Shown here: in pieces, positions 40,467 to 51,076 of the stretch
Layout of the letters: each line of letters begins with the position of its first letter
Numbering within the stretch: the first letter of the stretch is position 1
Program-made: the position numbers and the translations under genes
The notes under the pieces: model-generated
What the model was told of the DNA's origin: nothing
What the model saw: only the letters and a program-made list of their open reading frames with translations
The model's database searches: none
Assembly: GCA_965238175.1 (NCBI GenBank)
Contig: CBDEGZ010000003.1
Coordinates: forward strand, 2,976,001-3,040,000
Direction: 5' to 3'
DNA length: 64,000 bases
From: Gammaproteobacteria bacterium
GTDB taxonomy: Bacteria; Pseudomonadota; Gammaproteobacteria; CAJXQU01

Positions 40467-42764
40467 GTGAAACGTTTATTTGATCATACGTATATTGTTC
40501 CTGTTATTTTTTCTTTACTGTTCTGCGCATCAAGTCAGGCTGTTGTAGATTCTGACTCACCTAAACAAGCCTCTCACGCATCAATCATGGCCAAAGCCGA
40601 CAGTGCAGGTAAGGTTCGTGTTATTGTCAGAATGAAAACAAACACTACATACGCGGAACTTTCAGCATCCAGCATGGCAATGGATTCACGAAAGACACGT
40701 GTAGTAAGTAAACTGAGACAGCTAAACTCCGCTGATGTGAAAAAATTCCAACACCTTCCAATTACCTCAGCGGAAGTTGATTCCGAAGGATTAAGTTCTT
40801 TACTCAATAATCCAGATGTAGAAGAGGTTTTTGAAGACAAATTATTCAAACCATATCTGGCTGATAGTACATCCTTAGTTGGTTCAACTACCGCAGTAAA
40901 TTCAGGTAGTGGAGGCAGTGGCCAAGTGATTGCTATTCTTGATACCGGAGTTGATAGTAGCCACCCTTTTCTCTCAGGTAAGGTTGTTGATGAAGCTTGC
41001 TTCTCTAAAACAAGTGGAGATTCAACCTCTATTTGTCCTAATGGAAGTAATAGCCAGCTTGGTACTGGGGCTGCCGAGCCATGCAGTGGAATCTGCAACC
41101 ATGGCACTCATGTTGCCGGTATTGCTGCTGGTAAAGGAAGCAGTTTCTCAGGGGTTGCGCCGGATGCAAACATTATGGCAATACAGGTTTTCTCAAAATT
41201 CACGGGTAGTTACTGCAATGGGGCAAGCTCATGCGTATTAGCTTATACCTCTGATATCTTAAGTGGTCTTGAACATGTCTATTCGATGAAAGACACTTAT
41301 AACATAGCTTCAATCAATATGAGTTTAGGTGGAGGAGCCTATTCAAGTGCCTGCGATAGTGAGGTATATAAATCGACTATAGACTTACTCAAAGCAGCAA
41401 ATATTGCCACAGTAATAGCTTCCGGAAATGATGGTTACAGCTCTCAAATAAGTTCACCTGCTTGTATTTCTTCTGCGATCAGCGTTGGCGCAACAACAAA
41501 AAGTGATGGCATTGCCAGTTATTCGAATAGTTCTGAGCTCCTTGATATCTTAGCGCCAGGTAGTTCCATCGAATCTTCACTGCCAGGAACAGGCTATGGT
41601 TACTATAGCGGCACCTCAATGGCTACACCTCATGTCGCAGGTGCATTCGCAATATTACGTTCAAAATATCCAAAAAGTACTGTTGATGAAATTCTAGCAG
41701 TTCTAAAAACTAGTGGCGTTGCTGTTACTGATTCCCGTAACAACATTACCCGTTCTCGTATTAAAATAGATTCTGCTATAGCTGCATATGAGCCCAGTAT
41801 TGAAGAAGAGCCTGTTCTTGAAGAGCCTGTTATTGAAGAGAAACCGATCAGGATCAGAAATGACTTTAGCCCGGATGGAAAATCAGATATTCACTGGAGA
41901 AATCGTCTTACTGCTGAACGCCAAGTATTTCACATGAATGGGGCGAATGTGATTTCGAGCCAGACAATAAATGACAATAAAGATCTTAATTCGAAATTTG
42001 TAGGCATTGGTGACTTGAATGGAGATAACAATGCGGATGTTGTCTGGAGAAATAATCTTAACGGCTCAAGCACTATCGATATTATGAACGGTGCAAGTAT
42101 AACGTCTTCTGCCAGTCTCAATATTCAAACTGATCTTTCTTGGAGCACCGTTGGTATTGGTGACTTTGACGGTGATGGGAAGGATGATCTTCTCTGGAAA
42201 AATGCAACAACTGGGGAAGTTAGAATTTCATTTATGAACGGAACAACATTAGCCTCAGATCAATCAGTTACCACCGTAGGCACAGAATGGGAAATTAAAG
42301 GTGTTGGTGACTTTGACGGTGATGGTAAGAGCGATATCCTTTGGCGTCATAGTGCTAATGGACGAGTATGGATGCACCTTTTGGATGGAGTTACTATCAC
42401 CACTTCCTCCCACATTGCCTACACTTCACTATCTTGGGATATTGAAAAAGTTGGGGACTTCAATGGCGATGGTAAGTACGATATCCTCTGGAAAAATAAT
42501 CAACATGGTCGTGTATGGACATACTTGATGAATGGAGCATTAATCACAAATGGCAATCTGGCAGGTCCTGGAGAGCATGTAGCGTTCAGTGCTCTAAGTT
42601 GGGATATTAAATCCGCGAGTGATTTTAACGGTGACGGTAAAGATGATATTTTTTGGAGAAACAATACCACTGGAGAAAACTGGATGTATCTTATGGATGG
42701 TTCAAACATTCTAATTCAGAATCCTGTGCAAGCAATCACCGATCTTCAATGGACAGTTGAGTAA
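40467..42764 (+). CDS. secreted S8 subtilisin-like serine protease with C-terminal FG-GAP/VCBS repeats
   Basis: Signal peptide, prodomain, catalytic triad ILDTG / HGTHVAG / GTSMATPHVAG, six DFxGDGKxDxxW-type repeats. Confidence 0.93.
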   Translation: MKRLFDHTYIVPVIFSLLFCASSQAVVDSDSPKQASHASIMAKADSAGKVRVIVRMKTNTTYAELSASSMAMDSRKTRVVSKLRQLNSADVKKFQHLPITSAEVDSEGLSSLLNNPDVEEVFEDKLFKPYLADSTSLVGSTTAVNSGSGGSGQVIAILDTGVDSSHPFLSGKVVDEACFSKTSGDSTSICPNGSNSQLGTGAAEPCSGICNHGTHVAGIAAGKGSSFSGVAPDANIMAIQVFSKFTGSYCNGASSCVLAYTSDILSGLEHVYSMKDTYNIASINMSLGGGAYSSACDSEVYKSTIDLLKAANIATVIASGNDGYSSQISSPACISSAISVGATTKSDGIASYSNSSELLDILAPGSSIESSLPGTGYGYYSGTSMATPHVAGAFAILRSKYPKSTVDEILAVLKTSGVAVTDSRNNITRSRIKIDSAIAAYEPSIEEEPVLEEPVIEEKPIRIRNDFSPDGKSDIHWRNRLTAERQVFHMNGANVISSQTINDNKDLNSKFVGIGDLNGDNNADVVWRNNLNGSSTIDIMNGASITSSASLNIQTDLSWSTVGIGDFDGDGKDDLLWKNATTGEVRISFMNGTTLASDQSVTTVGTEWEIKGVGDFDGDGKSDILWRHSANGRVWMHLLDGVTITTSSHIAYTSLSWDIEKVGDFNGDGKYDILWKNNQHGRVWTYLMNGALITNGNLAGPGEHVAFSALSWDIKSASDFNGDGKDDIFWRNNTTGENWMYLMDGSNILIQNPVQAITDLQWTVE

Positions 42765-43073
42765 TCACATTGTTCAACTGTATAAATAATGATCCTGGTT
42801 TAATTATTTCGACCTATCTCACACTAGACTGAAAAGATAGAAATAAAGTAAGTATTAAATCTGCAGACACCAACTTTACGAGCACCTGTTGATCAGGTAT
42901 TACAAACATATTAAGTAATTGATCACTTTATACTAAGCATTCATTTCTTTATGCGTACAACTACGCATCATCAGTACTCACATCATATAGAACATGCCCT
43001 ATAATATACGCAGGCAATTTTTTGTATTTCAGCTTAATTCACAATCAATCAAGATAAGAGAAAACAAATTCAT

Positions 43074-43385
43074 ATGAGACTAATTGGAATAATACTAATA
43101 ATCGTTTTGATTTCGGCAGCTTTTTGGCTTCTCAATAAGGGTAGTAATACTACATCTGATCTTCCTGCAATTGATCAACCCTCTCCATCACCTGAGAATA
43201 CATTGCAAGAGCAAAACATCGAAGCCGCTGTGGTAGAAATTGATTCAACTATTAACATAGAACCCAGCTCCCCTTTCAGTGGTCCTTCGATCGAAGTTGA
43301 CGAGAGCCTTTATGGTGATGGTCCGAGCACGGGTGCTGCTACCGACATGGAGTTAACGGCTCCAGAAGATAGTCTGCCTAATTAA
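43074..43385 (+). CDS. hypothetical membrane-anchored acidic protein
   Basis: N-terminal TM, Pro/Asp/Glu-rich tail; co-oriented with downstream GT. Confidence 0.6.
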   Translation: MRLIGIILIIVLISAAFWLLNKGSNTTSDLPAIDQPSPSPENTLQEQNIEAAVVEIDSTINIEPSSPFSGPSIEVDESLYGDGPSTGAATDMELTAPEDSLPN

Positions 43386-43412
43386 ATAATAACCAGCTAA
43401 CGATCAATAAAA

Positions 43413-44345
43413 ATGTCGATTCAAGTCTCCGTTATTATCGTCAATTTTAATTCTGGCTCTTTGTTATACGATTGTCTCCTGTCCTTATTTGATTCAACCA
43501 TTTCCATAGAAGTCATCGTTGTCGATAATAATTCTGAAGATGACAGTTTATTAAAGGTAGCTTCCGCTTTCAAAAACGATACAAGGCTGACGATAATTCG
43601 AAACTCGACCAATTCTGGTTTCGCACATGCTTCAAATCAAGCCGTAGAAAAAGCAACTGGCGATTACTGGTTATTCTTAAATCCTGATTGTGTCATCAGA
43701 TCTGACACTATTAGTGAGGTGCGTGAATTGATGGAAAAAAATCCAGATGTTGGCATGTCTGGTCCCTTGATCGTAAATCCTGATGGTAGTGAGCAGAGAG
43801 GTTGTCGAAGAGCTATTCCAACACCGTGGCGATCGTTTGTTCGGGCTTTTGGCTTATCTAAGTTTTTCCAAGATAATCCAAAATATAAAGACTTTTTGCT
43901 GCATACAGAACCCTTGCCAGATCATCCCATCAATGTAGAAGCTATTTCCGGTGCGTTTATGTTTGTTAGAGCGTCTGCGACTAACGAGGTTGGTCTACTC
44001 GATGATGGTTATTTTTTACACTGTGAAGATCTTGATTGGTGTATGCGTTTTCGACAAAAAAACTGGAGATTGTTATTCAATCCAAATACTATCGTGACAC
44101 ATGTAAAAGGTGGTTGTAGCGAGAACCGACAGATATTTGTGATCTGGCATATGCATAATGGCATGGTACGTTTCTATAAAAAATTCTTCAAAGAAGAATA
44201 TCCAAAACCACTGATGTGGTTGATTGTGATCGGCGTGTGGTTACGTTTTATTATGATGGCTAGCTACTACAAAATCATGCAAATAGTTGATCGTTTCAGA
44301 TCAATAAAAACAAAGTTATTAGCTTGTGTCAGCGACTTCAAATAA
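43413..44345 (+). CDS. glycosyltransferase family 2 (WbbL/rhamnosyltransferase-like)
   Basis: VSVIIVNFN, VVDNNSED, FLNPD, EDLDWCMR. Confidence 0.9.
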   Translation: MSIQVSVIIVNFNSGSLLYDCLLSLFDSTISIEVIVVDNNSEDDSLLKVASAFKNDTRLTIIRNSTNSGFAHASNQAVEKATGDYWLFLNPDCVIRSDTISEVRELMEKNPDVGMSGPLIVNPDGSEQRGCRRAIPTPWRSFVRAFGLSKFFQDNPKYKDFLLHTEPLPDHPINVEAISGAFMFVRASATNEVGLLDDGYFLHCEDLDWCMRFRQKNWRLLFNPNTIVTHVKGGCSENRQIFVIWHMHNGMVRFYKKFFKEEYPKPLMWLIVIGVWLRFIMMASYYKIMQIVDRFRSIKTKLLACVSDFK

Positions 44346-45264
44346 AGCTTTAAACAATAAAGAAACAAGTATTATTGTCACTGGTGCGACGAGTCTGATT
44401 GGTCGTTTCCTGTTACCACTACTTCGGAATAATGGTTATAAAATTCATGCCCTGACAAGATCACAAAAGAGTAGATCAGAAATAAACAATCCTTCTGAAG
44501 AATGGCATCATTACGATGGTTCATTAAAAAGCGTCAGTCCAAAAATCACTAGTGCAAATATTCTTATACATCTTGCTCCTCTGTATAGTCTTCCAGACAT
44601 CATCGAAGATTTTGTTTCTTTGGGAGGAGAAAGAATCATCGCTTTTAGTTCTACAAGCCGGTTTAGTAAAAAAAGTTCTACGGTTGCATCAGAGCGAGAA
44701 ATAGCGAAAAAACTTATAGCCGCCGAAGAATCTGTTGCTTCTAACTGTAACAATCATCAGCTTGCCTGGACAATTTTCAGACCGACGCTAATTTATGGTG
44801 CAGGCCTTGATCAAAACGTGTCAAGTATTGCAGCTTTGATTCAATGCTTAAAGATCTTCCCTTTAGTAGGAAAAAGCACAGGCTTACGCCAACCCGTACA
44901 TGCGGAAGATCTTGCGATTGCATGCACGAAAATATTGAACGTCAAAAAAATGCCAAACCAATCTTATAATTTAGTTGGTGGAGAAACGCTGACTTATAAA
45001 GAAATGGTCGAACGGATTTTTTTAACGTTAAAGAAAAAACCACGATTTATGTCTTTTCCACTGCCTTTGTTCAAAGCACTGATTAAGTGTATTTCGATCA
45101 TTCCTGCATATTCACATTTAACAACAGAAATGGCAGATCGAATGAATCAGGATTTATGTTTTGACAGTAAAGAAGCGATCAAGGATTTTGACTATATGCC
45201 ACGAGAATTTTACCCGCAGAAAAAAGATCTGATCGAAAATTCAGATACTACTATTTTCAACTAA
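44326..45264 (+). CDS. NAD-dependent epimerase/dehydratase family protein
   Basis: VTGATSLIG Rossmann motif, RPTLIYG, RQPVHAEDLA. Confidence 0.85.
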   Translation: MSATSNKALNNKETSIIVTGATSLIGRFLLPLLRNNGYKIHALTRSQKSRSEINNPSEEWHHYDGSLKSVSPKITSANILIHLAPLYSLPDIIEDFVSLGGERIIAFSSTSRFSKKSSTVASEREIAKKLIAAEESVASNCNNHQLAWTIFRPTLIYGAGLDQNVSSIAALIQCLKIFPLVGKSTGLRQPVHAEDLAIACTKILNVKKMPNQSYNLVGGETLTYKEMVERIFLTLKKKPRFMSFPLPLFKALIKCISIIPAYSHLTTEMADRMNQDLCFDSKEAIKDFDYMPREFYPQKKDLIENSDTTIFN

Positions 45265-46703
45265 GCCCGATTATAAATATCTTCGAACCGGACGATATCG
45301 TCTTCACCAAGATAAGAACCAGACTGAACTTCGATCAGTTCTAATGTAATCGTACCCGGATTAACCAAACGATGGGTCACACCTAACGGAATATAAGTTG
45401 ACTGGTTCTCTGTCAGCATGATTTCTTCGTCACCTTTAGTGACTATTGCGGTACCTGACACAACAATCCAATGTTCCGCACGATGATGATGCATTTGTAG
45501 AGAAAGGCTTTCCTCCGGCTTAACCGAAATTCGTTTAACTTGAAAACGATCACCTGCATCAATGCCTTCATAACAACCCCATGGTCGGTATACACGACGA
45601 TGCATTAATGATTCATCACGCTGTTCTTTTTTCAGAAATTCAACGATTTTTTTAACATCCTGCGCGCGATCTTTAGGTACCACCATTACCGCATCCGATG
45701 TTTCAACCACGATCAAATCGTCACAACCCACAACCGACAATAAACGGTGCTCCGCAACTAAAATATTATTGTTTGCATCGTGAGTAAAAACATCACCCGT
45801 TGCTGCATTACCGTTTTCATCCTGATCAGAAATTTCCCACAAGCTAGACCATGAACCCACATCAGACCAACCTGCATCAAGTGAAAGGACGGCAGACTTA
45901 AACGAATGATGATCCGTCACTTTTTCCATCACCGCATAATCCACAGAATCAGCAGGGCAATTCACAAATGAATCATTTTCAAGACGGAAAAAATCACCAT
46001 CTGCAGAACCAGATTGATACGCTGTTGTACAGGCATCGAAAATATCTTGTCTAAAGGTTTTGATAGCTTCTAACCAAACCGAAGCCTTCATCATGAACAT
46101 GCCACTGTTCCATGAATACTCTCCAGAATCCAGATAGGACTGTGCCGTCTGTGTATCAGGTTTTTCAACGAATGCACTAATTGAATAAGCGCTACTTCCA
46201 TCAACATTCGCTCCTTGTTTGATGTAGCCATAACCTGTTTCTGGTTTATCCGGCACAACTCCAAAAGTGATCAGATAACCTTGTTCTGCCAGCTTGGCAC
46301 CCTCTTGAATAGTGTTATGAAACGTATCCAAATCTTGAATAACATGATCAGAAGGCATCATTATGATAATTGGATCGTTGTCTAGACTTTGACCACCTTG
46401 CGCAGCCATGGCTGCAACCGTTAAAGCCGGTGCTGAATTTCGCCCCTCAGGTTCGAGCACAATCGTATTCAGGCTTTGTTCTTTCAATCTCGCTTGTTCT
46501 GCCACTAAAAAACGATGTTCTTCATTACTGACTATGATCGCTGGTTCAACACCTTCAACACTCGTATCCATTCTTGCCAAGGTCTGTTGTAAGAGAGAAT
46601 CTTCCCCAGTCAACCTAAGAAATTGCTTAGGATAATGTTCGCGTGATAATGGCCACAAACGTGTGCCACCACCGCCAGCTAGAATTACAGGTAAGATCAT
46701 CAT
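45261..46703 (-). CDS. manC: mannose-1-phosphate guanylyltransferase / mannose-6-phosphate isomerase
   Basis: GGGGTRLWPLSREHYPKQF, FVEKP, C-terminal cupin LSLQMHHHRAEHW. Confidence 0.95.
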   Translation of the reverse strand: MMILPVILAGGGGTRLWPLSREHYPKQFLRLTGEDSLLQQTLARMDTSVEGVEPAIIVSNEEHRFLVAEQARLKEQSLNTIVLEPEGRNSAPALTVAAMAAQGGQSLDNDPIIIMMPSDHVIQDLDTFHNTIQEGAKLAEQGYLITFGVVPDKPETGYGYIKQGANVDGSSAYSISAFVEKPDTQTAQSYLDSGEYSWNSGMFMMKASVWLEAIKTFRQDIFDACTTAYQSGSADGDFFRLENDSFVNCPADSVDYAVMEKVTDHHSFKSAVLSLDAGWSDVGSWSSLWEISDQDENGNAATGDVFTHDANNNILVAEHRLLSVVGCDDLIVVETSDAVMVVPKDRAQDVKKIVEFLKKEQRDESLMHRRVYRPWGCYEGIDAGDRFQVKRISVKPEESLSLQMHHHRAEHWIVVSGTAIVTKGDEEIMLTENQSTYIPLGVTHRLVNPGTITLELIEVQSGSYLGEDDIVRFEDIYNRA

Positions 46704-46738
46704 TCTTTAAAATATATCCTTAAATTAAAACTCGAAAA

Positions 46739-48028
46739 TTAAAGTCTAATCAGAGAAACACCAACAGGAATATCTTCTCGTGACAGTTTTGCTTTCACGT
46801 CATAAACAGCACCTTGACCATTATCGAGCAAGCTGGATACAAATTCCCAACCCCGATCAAGATAACTGCGATGAGGTACCGCACAAATAACAGCCTGAGC
46901 TGGTTTCAAATCAGCTTCTTTGACTAAATCAATGCCGTATTCTTCAACGGCCTCTTCAGGATCAGCCTCAGGATCTGTCACCTGCACATTAATCCCATAA
47001 TCTTCAAGTTCGCACAAAATATCTGTGACGCGCGTATTTCTGAGATCAGGAACGTCCTCTTTAAAAGTCAAACCCAAAACAGTAATAGTAGAACCTTTGA
47101 CCTTGACGCCATCTTTGATCATTTGTTTAACTACTTGGCCCGCAACATGTGCGCCCATGCCATCATTGATGCAACGACCAGAGAGGATCACTTGAGGGCT
47201 GTATCCTAAAACCGAGGCTTTGTATGTAAGATAGTAAGGATCAACTCCAATACAATGACCACCAACTAAACCTGGATCGAAAGGCAGGAAATTCCATTTT
47301 GATCCAGCGGCAGCTAATACGTCACGCGTATCAATCCCCATACGTTCAAAAATTAACGCTAACTCATTCATCAAAGAGATATTTAAATCACGCTGTGTAT
47401 TTTCAATTACCTTGGCGGCTTCAGCAACTTTTATCGTTGCTGCGCGATGAACACCCGCCGTGACGACTGACTCATAAACTGCGGCAACAATATCAAGAAT
47501 TTCTGGTGTCTGACCGGCGACCACCTTGATGATCGTTTTAAAAGTATGCTCTTTATCACCGGGGTTAATGCGTTCTGGTGAATAACCCACAAAAAAATCC
47601 TCACCACATTTCAAACCTGAAACTTGTTCAAGTACAGGCACACAATCTTCTTCTGTTGCTCCTGGGTAGACAGTTGATTCATAAACGACTATATCGCCTT
47701 TTTTGAGTATGCTCCCAACTGTTTTTGACGCACCAATCACCGGCGACAAATCAGGTTGTTTTGCATTATCAATCGGTGTCGGAACAGCAACAATATGAAA
47801 ATCCGCTTTGTTAAGGTCTTCTGGATTAGCCGTGTATAAAACATCGGTATTGTTCAGATCATCATCTTCAACTTCGTTTGTGCGATCCCAACCATCTTTC
47901 AGTTCCTGAATACGCTTAGGGTCAATATCAAAGCCGATTGATTGCTCTGTTTTACCGAACTCGACGGCCACAGGCAAACCTACATACCCAAGACCAATGA
48001 CTGAAATTTTTCTGTTATGTGTCATCAC
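46739..48028 (-). CDS. tviB: UDP-N-acetylhexosamine 6-dehydrogenase (TviB/WbpO-like)
   Basis: [30 protein letters not shown]. Confidence 0.85.
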   Translation of the reverse strand: MMTHNRKISVIGLGYVGLPVAVEFGKTEQSIGFDIDPKRIQELKDGWDRTNEVEDDDLNNTDVLYTANPEDLNKADFHIVAVPTPIDNAKQPDLSPVIGASKTVGSILKKGDIVVYESTVYPGATEEDCVPVLEQVSGLKCGEDFFVGYSPERINPGDKEHTFKTIIKVVAGQTPEILDIVAAVYESVVTAGVHRAATIKVAEAAKVIENTQRDLNISLMNELALIFERMGIDTRDVLAAAGSKWNFLPFDPGLVGGHCIGVDPYYLTYKASVLGYSPQVILSGRCINDGMGAHVAGQVVKQMIKDGVKVKGSTITVLGLTFKEDVPDLRNTRVTDILCELEDYGINVQVTDPEADPEEAVEEYGIDLVKEADLKPAQAVICAVPHRSYLDRGWEFVSSLLDNGQGAVYDVKAKLSREDIPVGVSLIRL

Positions 48029-49035
48029 GCAACCTGATAAAATTCTCTATACCAATTAACAAAATTCTGTATTCCTGTCACCAACTTCGTTTCAGGTTTA
48101 TATCCCATATCATTAACCAAATCTTCAACATTTGCATAAGTCGCAGGAACGTCTCCAGCCTGCAAAGGCAACATGTTTTTCTCGGCTTTTTTGCCCAGTA
48201 CATTTTCTAACGTTTCGATAAACGTCATTAAATGGACAGGATCATTATTTCCAATGTTATAAACTCGATACGGTGCCTTACTGGTTCCTGGATCGGGTTT
48301 GTTACCTGACCATTCAGGATCCGCGGTTGCAGTTGTGTCTACACAGCGAGTCACACCTTCAACGATATCATCGACATAGGTAAAATCACGTTGGTGATCT
48401 CCATAATTAAAAACATCAATCGGCTTTCCTTCGATAATGTTTTTAGTGAACATGAACAAAGACATATCCGGTCTTCCCCAAGGACCATAAACGGTGAAAA
48501 AGCGCAGCCCTGTAGTAGGCAGACCAAATAAGTGACTATAGGTGTGCGCCATCAATTCATTGGCTTTTTTTGAAGCCGCATACAATGAAACCGGGTGATC
48601 GATATTGTCATGGATTGAAAATGGCATGCTGGTATTCGCACCATAGACCGAACTCGATGAAGCATAGACCAAATGCTCGACCTTGTTATGTCGACAACCT
48701 TCTAGAATATTCGTAAAACCTACAATATTTGCATCAATATAAGCTTGAGGATTTTCCAATGAATATCGCACCCCTGCTTGCGCAGCAAGATGAACAACAC
48801 GCTCAAACTGTTCTTCTTCAAACATCGCTTTCATACCAACCTGATCAGCAATATCAAGTTTTATAAATTTGAAGTTATTATTTGGAGTTAAGCGATCAAG
48901 ACGTGCTTGTTTCAACGACACATCATAATAGTCATTCATATTATCGAGACCAACAATCTCGTCGCCACGCGCTAATAATTTGTGACTCAGCGTTGACCCG
49001 ATAAAACCAGCCGCACCTGTAACCAGTATTTTCAT
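48025..49035 (-). CDS. UDP-glucuronate 4-epimerase-type NAD-dependent epimerase
   Basis: [40 protein letters not shown]. Confidence 0.92.
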   Translation of the reverse strand: MKILVTGAAGFIGSTLSHKLLARGDEIVGLDNMNDYYDVSLKQARLDRLTPNNNFKFIKLDIADQVGMKAMFEEEQFERVVHLAAQAGVRYSLENPQAYIDANIVGFTNILEGCRHNKVEHLVYASSSSVYGANTSMPFSIHDNIDHPVSLYAASKKANELMAHTYSHLFGLPTTGLRFFTVYGPWGRPDMSLFMFTKNIIEGKPIDVFNYGDHQRDFTYVDDIVEGVTRCVDTTATADPEWSGNKPDPGTSKAPYRVYNIGNNDPVHLMTFIETLENVLGKKAEKNMLPLQAGDVPATYANVEDLVNDMGYKPETKLVTGIQNFVNWYREFYQVA

Positions 49036-49214
49036 ACTACCCTTCCCATCTTCAGAACACTGGATTGTACAGTCCAGAACACTTTGTGTTTTGATAACCC
49101 AGTGAAAATTCGTTAACTGTTTACTATAAATATAGTTAGATCAGCTATAACTGATCTTTATATCAACTGAATATAGCTATCGGCGTGCAATAAAATTAGT
49201 TTAGATATTCAGGC

Positions 49215-49733
49215 TTATAATTGCTTATTTTTCTTCTCGTCCAAAACCTGTTTTATGGAATCTAATTTGACATTTACGTCTGATAATTGAATGAATTCCT
49301 GCTCAATTTCTTCTGGAGAAGAAAAAGCACCTAATAATTTTGGATTCTTCAACAAATAACCTGCCTGACGCATATCCTGGCTTATTGTTCTGGCTTGTTC
49401 TGGAGGGAATTCCGATCTTCGTAAACGTGATGAAAGTCGACTAACACGCATTTTTATTTTCTTTCTGATCTCTTTTAGATCAGAAAATTTACTGTGCATC
49501 AATTGACGCCTCACTTCTTGTTCATCGACTATTGGCCCCTTCACTAGAGAAGTATCTTGATTCTGATCACTTTGAAAGTGGCCATTTTGATCAATAGTTG
49601 ATCCGCCACTGATTTTTGAAGCATCTCCAGAAACTGAAGGCTTAATATCCTGAATCTGATCTCCGTCACTAGTTACTAATACAATTGATCCAGCGACAAT
49701 AGCTAAAACCAACAAAATCATCATAATTCTCAT
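49215..49733 (-). CDS. hypothetical protein, N-terminal TM/signal and helical C-terminus
   Basis: 172-aa ORF filling the gap, hydrophobic N-terminus, GAG-containing RBS upstream. Confidence 0.65.
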   Translation of the reverse strand: MRIMMILLVLAIVAGSIVLVTSDGDQIQDIKPSVSGDASKISGGSTIDQNGHFQSDQNQDTSLVKGPIVDEQEVRRQLMHSKFSDLKEIRKKIKMRVSRLSSRLRRSEFPPEQARTISQDMRQAGYLLKNPKLLGAFSSPEEIEQEFIQLSDVNVKLDSIKQVLDEKKNKQL

Positions 49734-49865
49734 ACAGAAACTCTCACTTTATCAGGGCACCTTTGGCATAAATATTGAATCACAGTTGAGTAACCAACGA
49801 AGACAGTTTAACAAACTACCAGATGTCGATGTAATTAACTAAACACCCAGATTAAGGAAAATAAA

Positions 49866-51035
49866 ATGCTAAAGCTTGAAAACTTCACCCTGAAACAAAG
49901 AATGTTCTTTATCTCCAGTATAGGTGTTGCCGGGCTATTGACAATGATGACACTTGAGTATTTTCATATTTCGATTGCAATTTCCATGGGTATAGGTGTT
50001 TTGTTCATCATAGCTATAACTACCCTGGCTGAATATTTCGGGAGGCATGCCTCTGAACGCAGTAAAAATTTGGTTGAGAGTATTCAAAACGTGAATAAAG
50101 GTGATCTAACTCAGACTCTCTCTCTTCCAGGTAAAAGTGAATTTAGTTGGATAGCAAGAGAATTTGAAGACACTCGTAAATCACTGGCCGTACTTGTAAG
50201 TGAAATAGTTGGTGGGATTGATCAATTAGCAATCACAAGTAATCAACTCACCTCTGTTGGCGCTCAAACAAGCGAAGGTGTTCAAAAACAACAAATGGAA
50301 ACAAATCAGGTTGCTTCAGCCATTAATCAAATGGCGACCACCGTCCAGGAAGTAGCGAAAAATGCGTCAAGTGCTGCAGCTGCAGCTAAAAATGCCGATC
50401 AAGAAGCTGAAAATGGTAAAAATGTAGTAAGCAGTTCAATCAAATCTATAGATACACTAGCAAAAGAGGTTGAACAAGCCGCCGATACGCTACAGCGACT
50501 TGATGGTGATATTGGAAACATCGGCGATATCGTAAATGTTATTCGAGCAATTACTGAACAAACAAACTTACTTGCACTAAATGCTGCAATTGAAGCCGCA
50601 CGCGCTGGCGAACATGGTCGTGGATTTGCAGTTGTTGCGGATGAAGTACGCACATTAGCCGCAAGAACACAGTCATCGACAATTGAAATAGAAGAAATGG
50701 TTAATAGACTTCAAGCAGGAGCAGAAGAATCCGTTGCTGTAATGGAAAACAGCCGTAACCGTGCTCATGAAACTGTAGAAAGTGCAGCTAAAGCAGGTGA
50801 AGCGTTAGATAAAATCACCAGTATGATCACAACCATCGATCAAATGAATGCACAAATTGCACAGGCGTCAAACCAACAAACTACGGTTGCAAATGAGATA
50901 AATCAAAGTATTGTTAATATTAGCCAGGTCGTTGAACAAACTGCAAGTGGCGTACAGGGATCTGTACGATCATCCGGAACACTTTCATCTGTTTCCAAAC
51001 AACTTCAAAATACCGTTAGCAAGTTTAAAATTTAA
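49866..51035 (+). CDS. methyl-accepting chemotaxis protein
   Basis: Two TMs, [35 protein letters not shown]. Confidence 0.96.
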   Translation: MLKLENFTLKQRMFFISSIGVAGLLTMMTLEYFHISIAISMGIGVLFIIAITTLAEYFGRHASERSKNLVESIQNVNKGDLTQTLSLPGKSEFSWIAREFEDTRKSLAVLVSEIVGGIDQLAITSNQLTSVGAQTSEGVQKQQMETNQVASAINQMATTVQEVAKNASSAAAAAKNADQEAENGKNVVSSSIKSIDTLAKEVEQAADTLQRLDGDIGNIGDIVNVIRAITEQTNLLALNAAIEAARAGEHGRGFAVVADEVRTLAARTQSSTIEIEEMVNRLQAGAEESVAVMENSRNRAHETVESAAKAGEALDKITSMITTIDQMNAQIAQASNQQTTVANEINQSIVNISQVVEQTASGVQGSVRSSGTLSSVSKQLQNTVSKFKI

Positions 51036-51076
51036 TTATCAGGGTTCTCAAACTAAGTCATTTATGGGAACTGAGA

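Noticed and set aside
40574-41241. Alternative-frame ORFs overlapping the S8 protease (177 aa minus, 103 aa plus)
   Set aside because: Shadow ORFs of a well-supported gene, as with most short overlapping ORFs in the track.
41850-42700. Repeated GGTGACTTTGACGGTGATGG-like DNA units as a possible CRISPR or DGR repeat
   Set aside because: They are coding FG-GAP repeats in frame within the protease; no spacer pattern, cas or reverse transcriptase genes.
49805-49835. Possible sigma28 promoter (GTCGATGT) before the MCP
   Set aside because: No properly spaced TAAA -35 element.
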